Below the pieces are notes generated by a model. It was given only the letters and a program-made list of their open reading frames with translations. It did not search any database and was not told where the DNA came from. A DNA stretch of 63,936 nt, the filler included, from Octopus bimaculoides (Eukaryota), in assembly GCF_001194135.2 (NCBI RefSeq). It is 9 parts of 8 records of this genome, joined end to end, with 100 filler letters (N's around TTAATTAATTAA, not from the genome) between each part and the next. Parts side by side here need not be neighbours in the genome. Positions count along the whole stretch, not along the records: positions 52,020 to 55,806 come from NC_069003.1; positions 55,907 to 61,416 come from NW_026408282.1; positions 61,517 to 63,936 come from NC_068984.1; 6 more parts are not named here. One strand, given 5' to 3'. Of the stretch, positions 52,631-63,936 are shown in pieces. Both the position numbers and the translations under genes were made by a program. Positions within the stretch are counted from its first letter, which is position 1. The number at the start of each line of letters is the position of its first letter.

Positions 52631-54240
52631 NNNNNNNNNNGAATCTTGCTCTATACCATTGCTTTGTTGATTTGAGTAAAGTATTCGATACTGTTAATCG
52701 AAATGCTCTGTGGCTAATTCTAAAGAAAATAGGCTGTCCAGAAAAATTTGTAAACATGATCAGGGCTTTGTATCAAGATATGGACGCTAGAGTTAACTTT
52801 GGTGGTAGGCTCTCTGAATCTTTTACTGTGGAAAATGGAGTAAAGCAAGGAGACCTTGATGCACCGACCCTCTTTGCAATATACTTTGCTGTTGTGTTGT
52901 CACATGCTTTTCAAAACTCTGAGGAGGGTATTTACATAAAATATCGAACAACAGGGAATGTATTTAATCTGACCACACTGAAATTCAAAACGAAGGTTTT
53001 TTACTTCACTCATTAAGGAACTTTTATACGCTGACGATTGCGATCTTGTCAGTCATTCTGAGACAGGTCTGCAATCTCTTGTATCTGCATTTGACTCAGC
53101 TTGTGATGATTTTGGCTTGACCATCAACTTGAAAAAAAAGAAAAAAAACAGTTGTGATGCATCAACCTGCGCGTGGTGCTGGTAGTAATCCCGCTAAAAT
53201 TTTTGTTAGGGGTAAGTTACTTGAAGTTGTTGATTCGTTCATCTACTTTGGAAGCTCTGTACAAAATGATGGAAATCTTGATACCGAAATACATCTGTAA
53301 ATTCAAAGGGCAGCAAAAGCATTTGGTGGCTTGGAGTCATGCGTTTGGAGTCATGCAACATATAGATAAGAATGCAAAGCTGGCTCTTTACAAATCATTT
53401 GTCTTACCATCCCTGTTGTATTCTTCTGAAACATGGACTTGTTATGAAAGGTATTTGAAATTGTTAGAACAATTCCACCAAAAATGCCTTCATCGCATTT
53501 TAAACATTAAATGGAATTCTTTTACTCCAAACACACATGTCCTTGCACCTGCAGGCATCACCTCAATTAAAGCTATGATTTTGAGGAACCAAATGAGGTG
53601 GTGTGGCCATATTGTTCGAATGGCGGATGAACGCATGCCGAAACAGCTGTTTTATGGTGAGCTTGCAGAGGGGAAACGCTATCGGCGTAAACCTGAAAAA
53701 AGGACTATTATGAAGTCATTTGGAATGGATCCAGAAGACACAGAAACCCTTGCTTCGGATCGAGCTAGATGGCAAACAAAACTGTGGAGTGAAGTGAAAG
53801 CGTTTGAAGAGGCCAGGGTAACGCATGTAAGACTCAAAAGAGATCTAAAGAAGAATGCTACGATCGAGAAGGTGAATGACAATGACCTTTTTGTGTGCAG
53901 TTTGTGACAGACCAAGCCTTTCTTTCGCTGGGCTCAAATCTCATTTGCGAACCCATGGAAAACAAACTTCCACCAGCTATTCTGCCTATATGTCTGTGCA
54001 CACTTTTGAATATAGTGTATGCCAGAAGATTTGCAAATCTAACAGAGACCTCAAAAAACATTTTAAGATCCACAAAGATCAGAACTTATCTGCAGTTCTT
54101 GGTGGTTCAAATCGGATGTGCAATCTATGTGGGTGTCTTTTCAGAACATTGGTTAAAAAAGCGACATCAGATACCATGATGGTTCTAAGGTGTAGGTACA
54201 GGAGGTGATCAAACTCTGCATAAGGAGTAGACAACCACCA
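52631..54240 (+). mobile_element. RTE-clade (BovB/RTE-1-like) LINE, RT to 3' end, degenerate, with C-terminal C2H2 fingers
   Basis: FVDLSKVFDTVNR, GVKQGD..APTLF, ELLYADDC, FGLTINLKK, LLYSSETWT, RWCGHIVRMADERMPKQLFYGEL; fingers at about 53890-54180. Confidence 0.9.
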
Positions 54241-54512
54241 TATATATNNNNNNNNNNNNNNNNNNNNNNNNNNNNNNNNNNNNNNNNNNNNNNNNNNNNN
54301 NNNNNNNNNNNNNNNNNTATATATATATATATATATTATTCATGAATTTCGTTTGCTTTCTTAAAAAACTGAAATTCCGATATAATTATAGTTTACACCA
54401 TTACACCATCTGAAAGATAGTTGTAAAAAATTTCATAAAATAATTCTCATTTTGCTGGAAATTACAAGGAAAGAAAGTCGAAGGGAGGCACAATTGTGTA
54501 GGTATGCGAATA

Positions 54513-54770
54513 TTGGTTTTAAATGTTGGCACAAGGCCAGCAATATCGGGGAAGGGTGTAAGTCAAATACATTGATTCCAGTACTTAGCGTTTTAACGTT
54601 TCTTATTTCTTTATTGCCTACAAGGGGCTAAACATAGAGGGGACAAACAAGGACAGACAAAGGGATTAAGTTGATTACATGTACCCCAGTGCGTAACTGG
54701 TACTTAATTTATCGACCCCGAAAAGATGAAAGTCGACTTGTTCTAACGTTTCTGCCAGCTCGCCGCGTAA
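54513..54770 (-). mobile_element. SINE family B
   Basis: ggggacaaacaaggacagacaaagggattaag...atcgaccccgaaaag...gtttctgccagctcgccgc. Confidence 0.85.
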
Positions 54771-54794
54771 GGTATGCCAAAATTAGCCACTGAT

Positions 54795-55000
54795 CTGGCA
54801 GAATCGTTAACACGCCGGGCAAATTGCTTAACAGCGTTTCGTCTGTTTTTACATTCTGAGTTCAAATTCCGCCGAGGTCAACTTTACCTTTCATTATTTC
54901 GGGGTCGATGAAATAAATACTAGCTGAGCACTGGGGTCAATGTAATTGACTTACTCTCTCCCTCCCCGAAGTTCTGGCCTTCTGCCAAAATTTGAAACCA
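54795..55000 (+). mobile_element. SINE family B, inverted relative to the neighbouring copy
   Basis: tggcagaatcgttaacacgccgggc...GAGTTCAAATTCC...ggccttctgccaaaatttgaaacca. Confidence 0.85.
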
Positions 55001-55417
55001 ATATTAGCCACTATAGGGGAGGGGAAAGCATTGATTTTTAAAAACTGGATAGTATTGTACCCGTTTAGTAATAATGGTTTGTGTTAGAGGAAATCATTCG
55101 TTGACGGTAGCTTATCTTCATTGAAGAAAGCACTCACACACACGCACACACACATGCACGCACATACACTAATATCCCCTCATGGCAGTTGTAAGAATCA
55201 TACAAAGAGGAGAGGAGATAGACATAGAAATTAAGAATTAAATTCCTAAGAAACTTTATTGTTTATTGCATAGAGATGAAACTTGTTTGTTTGCAGGCAT
55301 GGTTTAAAAATTATCTGCAGTTTCAGTAACGTCTCCCTCTGTCTGTCTGTCTCTGTCTGTTTGTCTGTCTCTGTCTGTCTGTCTCTGTCTGTCTGTCTGT
55401 ATGTCTGTCTGTCTGTA

Positions 55418-55450
<33 letters not shown>

Positions 55451-55906
55451 TCCTCTCCCTATCTCTCTCTACATTCATACATATAAGTATACGTGTGTAT
55501 GCCTTGTTAGCGTGTGTATGTAATACACACACACACACACAGACACACATATATGTATGCCTGTATGTAACTTTTATTTCTAGATTTCTTGCTAATGGAG
55601 ATAAAGCCAGTTTCTAACCTAGATTCAAGGCTCCGTCATTGGAATTTCAGCATCATCAACAAGGTGTTGTGCATGTATGTGTTAATATGTGCAAGTATTT
55701 CGAGTATGTATGTATGTATGTATGTATGTATGTATGTATGTATGTATGTATGTATGTATGTATACTCATACATATTGTTGCACGTCTGGACATGTGTATA
55801 TGTACTNNNNNNNNNNNNNNNNNNNNNNNNNNNNNNNNNNNNNNNNNNNNTTAATTAATTAANNNNNNNNNNNNNNNNNNNNNNNNNNNNNNNNNNNNNN
55901 NNNNNN

Positions 55907-56508
<602 letters not shown>

Positions 56509-56647
56509 TTTCTTGTTAGCCAGTTATTTAATATTCCTGTGTTTTATGCAATGGAAATTGTGACTTAAATATTTCCAAAAATTCTAGACTTTTTTCTTCT
56601 ATTTTTGCAATATTCACCTCCCGCTCCTTTTTTGACCACTCGTGCAG

Positions 56648-56704
56648 TTTCCTTTCCATGATGTAAGGGGCTCGTATAGAGCTCCTTACATCATGGAAAA
56701 GAAA
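56648..56704. other. 26-bp stem, 5-nt loop hairpin downstream of the ZNF stop
   Basis: tttcctttccatgatgtaaggggctc-gtata-gagctccttacatcatggaaaagaaa, two non-Watson-Crick positions. Confidence 0.9.
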
Positions 56705-57089
56705 GAAATCTCCTCCTTCTGATAACCCAGCACATTCTTTCTTGAATATCACATCCTGTAATTTCAATACATGCATTGTTTAATGTGTTTTAAATGCTTC
56801 TCTCATTAAATATGTTATACAATAGTATGAGTTATGGCTTTTTCACACAGGAATATTGTAAAGTTGTCAAATATGTATATAAACAATGGCCCCAAATACA
56901 AAACAGAAGAGATCACAATGGAAAAAACATGAGGCATAAGTATAGTTTAGTGCCCCACACCAGACTGATTCCTCATTTTTTTTTTTTTTTAAATAATTGT
57001 TTCTTCAAATGAAACTTTTCAGAGATAAGTTTTCATAGGTTCAGATTAAGATTAGTTTCATAAAACTGAGAATAAACATTTTGGAGGAC

Positions 57090-57690
57090 ATTCTTATTCT
57101 CAATGCCACCCTGTTTTTGTCAACTCTAACTTCAGAACTCTGGGAAACCTACCAGCCATTTGATAAACTATGAATCTGGTGACCCACAAGCCAGATTGGC
57201 TACATTCTCACTACAAAACAGATACTTGTGAATGCAGTTCTTCCCTGGTAAAGAATGGACTTAACAACATAGGTTGGCAGTTAATGATTTGAGAGNNNNN
57301 NNNNNNNNNNNNNNNNNNNNNNNNNNNNNNNNNNNNNNNNNNNNNNNNNNNNTGTGATGTACTAATTAGATGCTTCAATAAAAACCTTTGATGAAAAGAA
57401 GAGATAGAGGACAATTGGAAGTTCCTATGAGGCATCTCATGTAGAGCTGCAGAACAAATTTGTAGCTGGTACAAAATGATCGCCAGATATAGGATGACGT
57501 GATGGTTGAACAAGGAAGTATACAGAACGATGAAAGCAGAGACATTTTGAAGGGTTTGAAAGAATGGAGACAGCTTTTAGCCTGAAGAAAAGGTAGGAGA
57601 CAGGTCTATTTAGCAAAGGGAAAAGACAAAAAAAAAGGGTATGCCGATATTCTAGAGCTTCACGACCAAAGGGAGCATATTGTTGCTCTC
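57090..57690 (+). mobile_element. Old RTE-clade LINE fragment (endonuclease end and linker)
   Basis: KPTSHLINYESGD...FPGKE...QHRLAVNDLR; RAAEQICSW...WLNKEV...RRQVYLAKG. Confidence 0.65.
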
Positions 57691-59789
57691 AAGCCAACAA
57701 TCCCAAGGAGAGGAAATGTTGCTGCTATAAGGTAGGTGGGGATAAGACTGTGAGGGAAGGGCTTTGAGTAGAGCAGGTTGTTGTGGAGGAATTACATGGC
57801 TATTTACATTTAGGAGAAAAAGTCAGACTGAACAAGGAGTATGTCTGAGGAGATGCATGGAAATGGCACTTCAGACTGCAGAAGCTGTAGCTATAACGGG
57901 TAGTCATGGTCTGCTAGTATGGGTGAAAGGGAGGAGAGCAACATGTGTAAAAATTGAGAGAGAGGGGTACAAATGTTGAGGACGCTACAGGAATCCTAGA
58001 AACGTGGTGGGGACGATAATTTTGACAGCGGGAGCAAACACACGCACAAGCAAATATATATATANNNNNNNNNNTATATATATATGTGTGTATATATATA
58101 CGGGGTTACGTATAGTGAGGTGTACCTGTGTGCGTAGATCTCAAAGGAATTCCATAATAACCCTTTGTATTTAGGGAATAGAATTTGGATTACTTCAAAA
58201 GATGTGCATTTAACTGCAATTTATTTAACCTTGCAGTGTTGATATTAAAACTGTTATAAAGAATCTCAAATGAGCAAACATCTACATANNNNNNNNNNNN
58301 NNNNNNNNNNNNNNNNNNNNNNNNNNNNNNNNNNNNNNNNNNNNNGTATTATAATTATCACAGAAGTAAGTTATCTCAAGGTTTACTCCAGCATGCCTAC
58401 AGTCAAATGACTGAAACAAATAAAGGAATAAAGATGGGGCGATGTAAAATATAGTGCTGGAAAGTATCATCAACAACTCTTATATTTATTTTCATGTATG
58501 AATAAATCTTGACTCACTGAATGGTGATTGTTCTATTTCATATAGAAGGAATTTCCACAGTAAACTATGTTACACTATGCTTTAAGAGGTGGGGAAGAGG
58601 TTGGCGCCAAGAAAAGTTAACAAACATTAAACAATACTTTAAAAAACGAAGCCACAATGAATGGATTAATTGTTTCTGTGGTTAAATCTTACAAATCAAC
58701 AGCATTATACTGTTATGTAAAAAGAGATAATTAGACTTTGCTGCTTAAAATATTTCAGGAGGAGATACACATGCGCATTGGACGTGCTTCCCACTAGATG
58801 TTGATATCCGGTTAAATGTCCTTTTCATTATTTAATACTTTTACTTGATCTGTCATAAAAACTGTAGTTCCTGTGATTCTCCATGTGATCACATGACTTA
58901 CTACAAATATTAGCACATTTTGCTTACATGTCTCCTACGGGTCTTGAAGACCTTATTGGATGAAATAAATATGCAATGTTACAGAAATAGACAAGATGTT
59001 CATGGATGGAATGTCTATAATCGCATGTCTGCTCAGTCAAAACTGACCTGGATCTAAACAATGTCAAGTTATATTTCTGGAGAGAAACTAATGTTAGTGT
59101 CCGCCATTCTGTAGTTTTATGTGAAAACTGTTACACAAAGTTTATTGTCATCTTTTAATGTCTATTGTCCGTGCTGGACCTGTTAGACGATTTGAACCAA
59201 GCTGACAACTTGGGGAGCTGCAGCACACTCCAGTCTGATTTGTGATAGTTTCTACATCTTGATACCTTTCCTAGTGCCAACCACTTCACACTGCACAGGC
59301 ACTTATATATTCCACCATACATTTCCTTTAATGTGGTGGCACTTTAATGTGGTGGCACTGCACATCTGCTTTTATGAAGAACGGTCACATTTCCTTTTCA
59401 CTATCAGAGGGATGAGTTTGAATACTTCTGCTGTCGAGTATGAGTCTTCTAGAGTACAGTGTGGTGTTAGGCCTCGCAGTCATTATCACATCACCTGAAA
59501 GGTNNNNNNNNNNTACAGTGTGGTGTTAGGCCTCGCAGTCATTATCACATCACCTGAAAGGTTCAGCATTCTGAGTTCCTTCATCAACACTTCCTCCTGT
59601 GTCTTCTTCAGTGCCCCACTTCCACTTGTTCCATCTACTTTGAGAGATCAACACTTCTTCATGGAACTGTTGGCATCCAGCACAGTTGTTAAAATAAATG
59701 TTTGTTTCTACAGTTTATCTCAATAGAAATGAATCTGTGTTTTTTAAGTAGCCTCTACATTTTACACTGTTCTTTCTCTATAATTTCAG

Positions 59790-60681
59790 AACATCAGATG
59801 NNNNNNNNNNNNNNNNNNNNNNNNNNNNNNNNNNNNNNNNNNNNNNNNNNNNNNNNNNNNNNNNNNNNNNNNNNNNNNNNNNNNGGAAGAATTCCTGTGA
59901 AACATTTGCTCTGAAATATTGATATTAACCAAATTTTTGAACATCAATGACTGGAGTGTCAAGAGGAGGAGCCTATGCGCTGATTAAAGTTGAATAAATT
60001 TATAGAAGTGTTGCTAAACAAAGGTAACACTGGACAGAAATACAGTAATACAAGTGTATGTAAGGAATAAAATATAAAAACAAAAGTAAGAGAAATATAT
60101 TAACTGGGATTTGAGAGNNNNNNNNNNNNNNNNNNGTGAGAAAATTATAGAACTGATTTCCCCTGAACACATGATTAAAGAGATGAGATCATATGACTGA
60201 TATCTGTAAAAAGTTTCTTGAAAAAGTAACCTACTAATGGATAAATACATTCATACAGGAGAGAAACCATATCACTGTGATATCTGTGGCAAATCATNNN
60301 NNNNNNNAACCATATCACTGTGATATCTGTGGCAAATCATTCTATCAAAGTTGAGACTTTAATGTGCACAAAGGTACTCATACAGGAGAGAAGCCATATC
60401 ACTGTGATATCTGTGGTAAATCANNNNNNNNNNGAGAGAAGCCATATCACTGTGATATCTGTGGTAAATCATTCTCTCAAAGTTGTCAGGTTGATGTGCA
60501 CAAACATACAGGAGAAAGATCTGTGGTAAATCCTTCTCTCTGTGGTCCCTTATCTAGATACAAATATATTCATACTGGAGAGAATACCTATTAGTGTGAT
60601 ATTTGTGGTAAATCATTCTCTCAAAATAGTGACTTCACAAGACACAAGCATATTCATACAGGGGAGAAAGGAAAAGGGTAG
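59790..60681 (+). pseudogene. Second C2H2 zinc-finger pseudogene (paralog of 55907-56508)
   Basis: Acceptor tttctctataatttcAG at 59788-59789, decayed N-terminal region, then about 5 degenerate fingers from about 60187 with in-frame stops (YQS*DF, TY*CD); ends QNSDFTRHKHIHTGEKGKG*. Confidence 0.82.
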
Positions 60682-60961
60682 TTTCTTGTTTGTTATATTT
60701 GTTTAATATTGCTGTGTTTTATGCAGTGGAAATTATGAGTAAAGTATTTCCAAAACTTTTAGAAGTTTTGTTTTGTTTTTGCAATTTTCACCTCCTGTTC
60801 CTTCCTTGATCACTCTTGCATTTACTTTCCATGGTAAGAGAGCCTTTATACCAAGACATCTCATGCACNNNNNNNNNNGATATTTTGAATAAATGGTGCC
60901 ATAATAAGTCGTGATGCGAAGCTGTCCCGTTTCTTTGCTTACACCAACAATGTGGTCACTA

Positions 60962-61365
60962 CTGGAGCAAATGGAGCATGACCTTAATGGGTTTAGTCAA
61001 ACTGATCAACCCCAGTATTATTTTTTAAGCCTAGTACTTATTCTGTTGGTCTCTTTTGCCAAACTACTAAGTTACAGGGATGTAAACACACTAACGCAGG
61101 TTGTCAAAGAGTGATAAGGAGCAATCACACTCACACACCCATGATGAGGGCACCTGGCCTAATGGTTAAGATATTGCACTTATGAGATGGTGGGTTTTGA
61201 TTCATCAGACTCTGGCCATACCGGAGCACCACCTTAAGAAGTTTGTTCAAACTAATCAGCTCCACTATTTATTTTAACTTTGGTACTTATTCTATCGACC
61301 TCTTTTGTCAAATGCTAAGTTATGGGGTAAGTAAACAAACCAACACAGGTTGTCAAAGAGTGATT
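60962..61365 (-). mobile_element. Two decayed SINE family A 3' halves
   Basis: ctggagca...agcctagtacttattct...ctaagttacagggatgtaaacacac and a second copy from about 61210. Confidence 0.7.
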
Positions 61366-61516
61366 AGGGGCTATCATACACACACAATGAGGGTATGAAA
61401 GACACATCGACATACANNNNNNNNNNNNNNNNNNNNNNNNNNNNNNNNNNNNNNNNNNNNTTAATTAATTAANNNNNNNNNNNNNNNNNNNNNNNNNNNN
61501 NNNNNNNNNNNNNNNN

Positions 61517-61569
<53 letters not shown>

Positions 61570-61587
61570 TAATATTATTATTATTAT

Positions 61588-61932
61588 CATATTTACTTCT
61601 AATCTGCATGTTTGTTACAGTCACTTGCCGAGACACACCCGGCGTCCTAGGGCGAGTGAAGGATAAGCGATGTTACAGGATGAATGATAGCTCGAGGAGG
61701 GGAAGTGGCAGGGACAGTAGCGAAATATCTTCATGTAATACAACACAGACATTTAAATTGATAGGGTTTTTCTAAGGATGTGGGCAGTATTTGTTAGCAC
61801 AATCTTTTGAATTTGTCTGAGACATGGTTCTCCTGGGATGTTGTTTAGATGTTTCTGACATCCCTTTTTCTTTTATCATACCTAGAACACCTAAAATAAC
61901 AGGAACAGTTCTTACTTTAAGATGCCACATTT
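61588..61932 (-). mobile_element. R4/Dong-like 3' end (third family) in (TAA)n
   Basis: EMWHLKVRTVPVILGVLGMIK...IQKIVLTSTAHILRKTLSI* (after a frameshift) plus UTR; TAA repeats on both sides. Confidence 0.75.
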
Positions 61933-61942
61933 CATTATTATT

Positions 61943-62437
61943 CAGTGAGAGAGCAGCGCATGCCATCAAAGTGATACGAGGGTACAAATATACGAAGCCC
62001 AATATACCCATCATGACTACTCGTCTGATAAGTGTATACCAGGCACATGCATCACGACCATATGTGCGTAACATGGTGATCCCATATCAAGATAAACAGC
62101 ACCTTTCAGGCTGAGTAGCCCATATCACACAAAAGGTCCCCGAATAAGATTTGTTTTCAGGATGATGAACACCCACGTCTCCAGAGGTGAATTATTCAGA
62201 CCTCAAAGAACGCCTCTCAACACATGGCTATCATTCTCCCCACTACTTCTGAGATGCACATTTCGTCAGCCACTAAGAGACATGCTCGACTGGTTAAGAT
62301 CAAACAACTAACAAACAAATCTGTGGCATTGAGCACAATATTTGCTGCAGCCCATCTTTTATACTAAGACAAAAGAATGTACATGATAGCACTTCCAATC
62401 GGTTAAGATCAAAAGTCATGAGAACCACTGCCTGGTA
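61943..62437 (-). mobile_element. (TAA)n-associated non-coding element, near full length
   Basis: Colinear with 63213-63766; TAA repeats on both sides; no ORF or Pol III boxes recognised. Confidence 0.85.
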
Positions 62438-62442
62438 ATTAC

Positions 62443-62521
<79 letters not shown>

Positions 62522-62524
<3 letters not shown>

Positions 62525-62883
62525 TAGTTTTATTTTTATAAGGTGCTTTCACTTCACTACCGAGCGCAGCTCTGTGTGCCTTGGGTATGTACTGTGGTTT
62601 GCTGTGATGCTCTTATGGTTACTGTATTGAAAGTGTTTTGCGTAGGATGTGTGCAGTGCCCAGTAGTGCAATTTTCTGTATGTTATATATATTTGTAAGT
62701 CCTGGTGTTTTTGTTATGTATTTGTCTAAATATTTTTTTATTATACCTAAGGCACCTACTATGATAGGAATTGTTTCTGTTTTAAGATTCCACATTCGAG
62801 TTACCTCTATTTCCAGGTCTTTGTATTTTAGGTCATCCATATATAAAAGGTGGCTGACTGTTTTGCCGTAACATTTGTATCCC
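62522..62883 (-). mobile_element. R4/Dong-like deletion derivative: RT YMDD fragment fused to the 3' end
   Basis: GYKCYGKTVSHLLYMDDLK|YKDLEIEVTRMWNLKTETIPIIVGALG...ILRKTLSIQ*; same family as 20756-21063. Confidence 0.85.
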
Positions 62884-63194
62884 TTTTATAGCAGTTCTAC
62901 TGTGCACTCTATTCCAATTTCCTTTATATTCCCCTTGATGCTTTATGCTACTGTTCCCAAGTACCCAACAATAGCTGGTACTATCTTCACCTTCTTCAGT
63001 TTTCATAGCCGGGCTATTTCGTACTAATGATGGTTGTATTTATCCATATTTTCGCCTTCAATCTTAACTATTCGTGGGTCAAAAAGCATGCAACATCAAT
63101 TATATAGCATATGTGGTACACCTTGTCCACCACCACCAGGTCCGATCTATTATGCTCTAGCACCTGATCTGTTTGGATTGGGAAATCCCAGAGG
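62884..63194 (-). mobile_element. R4/Dong-like endonuclease fragment (fourth family)
   Basis: ILWDFPIQTDQVLEHNRSDLVVVDK...CYIIDVAC..FDPRI...KIVPAIVGYLG; its 5' end abuts (TAA)n. Confidence 0.8.
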
Positions 63195-63212
63195 ATTATT
63201 ATTATTATTATT

Positions 63213-63765
63213 GAGTAAGAGAGCAGCATGCCATCAAAGTGACACTGGGGTGCAATTATACGAAGCCCAATATACCTATCATGACTACCCGTCTGATATG
63301 GGTACACCAGGCACATACATCACAACCATATGTGCGCGACATGGTGATCTTATATAGAGATAAACAGCGCATGATCTTGCAGGTGGAGACCCAGTTAGAA
63401 TTTTCTTCAGGTTGAGTGGCCCATCCCGTTCAAAAGGTCCCTGAATAAGGTTTGTTTCAGGATGATGAACGGAACACCCGTGTTTCCAAAGGTGAATTAT
63501 TCAAACTCCAAGGAATTCTTCTCAACACTTGGCTATGATGCTCCTCCACTACCTCTTCTCGTGATCAGAGATGCGCATATCGTCAGCCACTAAGGGACAT
63601 GCTCAACTGGTTAAGGCCAAACAACTGACAAGAAAATTTGTGGTATTGAGTAGAATATTTGCTGTAGTCCATCTTTTATACCAAGACAAAACAATGTACA
63701 TGGTAACACTTCCAATAAGTTAAGATGAGAAGCCATGAGAGCCACGGCCTGGTATTGCATCAGGG

Positions 63766-63766
<1 letters not shown>
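63213..63766 (-). mobile_element. (TAA)n-associated non-coding element, full length (about 550 bp)
   Basis: Minus strand gccctgatgcaataccaggc...ctttgatggcatgctgctctcttactc, with (AAT)n on both sides. Confidence 0.88.
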
Positions 63767-63824
<58 letters not shown>

Positions 63825-63936
63825 GTAGTAGTAAAGGCAACGACATGCAGCAGACGACTGAAACTCTTTTATTCACTCTGCTGCCAGAAGTATTGGCGTG
63901 TCGGCTAAAATGCCTTGCAGTATTTATTCCTGTTCT

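Noticed and set aside
56528-56776. 82-aa minus-strand ORF with protein-like composition
   Set aside because: It is antisense to the ZNF 3' flank, spans the hairpin, and the frame is not kept in the paralogous flank.
59060-59700. Moderately GC-rich stretch with 68-79 aa ORFs between the ZNF copies
   Set aside because: No recognisable motif in any frame and multiple stops; possibly an old TE, but unsupported.
63700-63766. Possible HDV-like or hammerhead ribozyme at the 5' end of the TAA element
   Set aside because: I could not build the double pseudoknot by eye, and the internal CUGACGA lacks a matching GAAA. Left open for computational folding.

Overview
AT-rich, microsatellite-dense animal genomic DNA from a gapped short-read assembly. 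The tRNA-derived SINE families and the [15 protein letters not shown]-type C2H2 fingers resemble Octopus; the species is inferred, not verified. No intact protein-coding gene can be supported. Recognisable content: (i) two paralogous, disrupted C2H2 zinc-finger arrays (55.9-56.5 kb and 59.8-60.7 kb) sharing a 3' flank; (ii) four tRNA-headed SINE families, labelled A-D here for convenience; (iii) RTE/RTEX and R4/Dong-clade LINE fragments; (iv) mariner, DD37D-like and hAT remnants plus several MITEs and fold-backs; (v) a TE-poor interval at about 33-43 kb with unresolved candidate exons. The most striking pattern is a (TAA)n-targeted retroelement system. Several R4/Dong-like families and a roughly 550-bp non-coding, non-tRNA element are inserted co-oriented into (TAA)n arrays. 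They are stacked five deep at 61.5-63.8 kb, and a 24-nt 3'-end-only insertion sits at 18004-18027. All family assignments come from motif recognition by eye, with no database search, and repeat boundaries are approximate.
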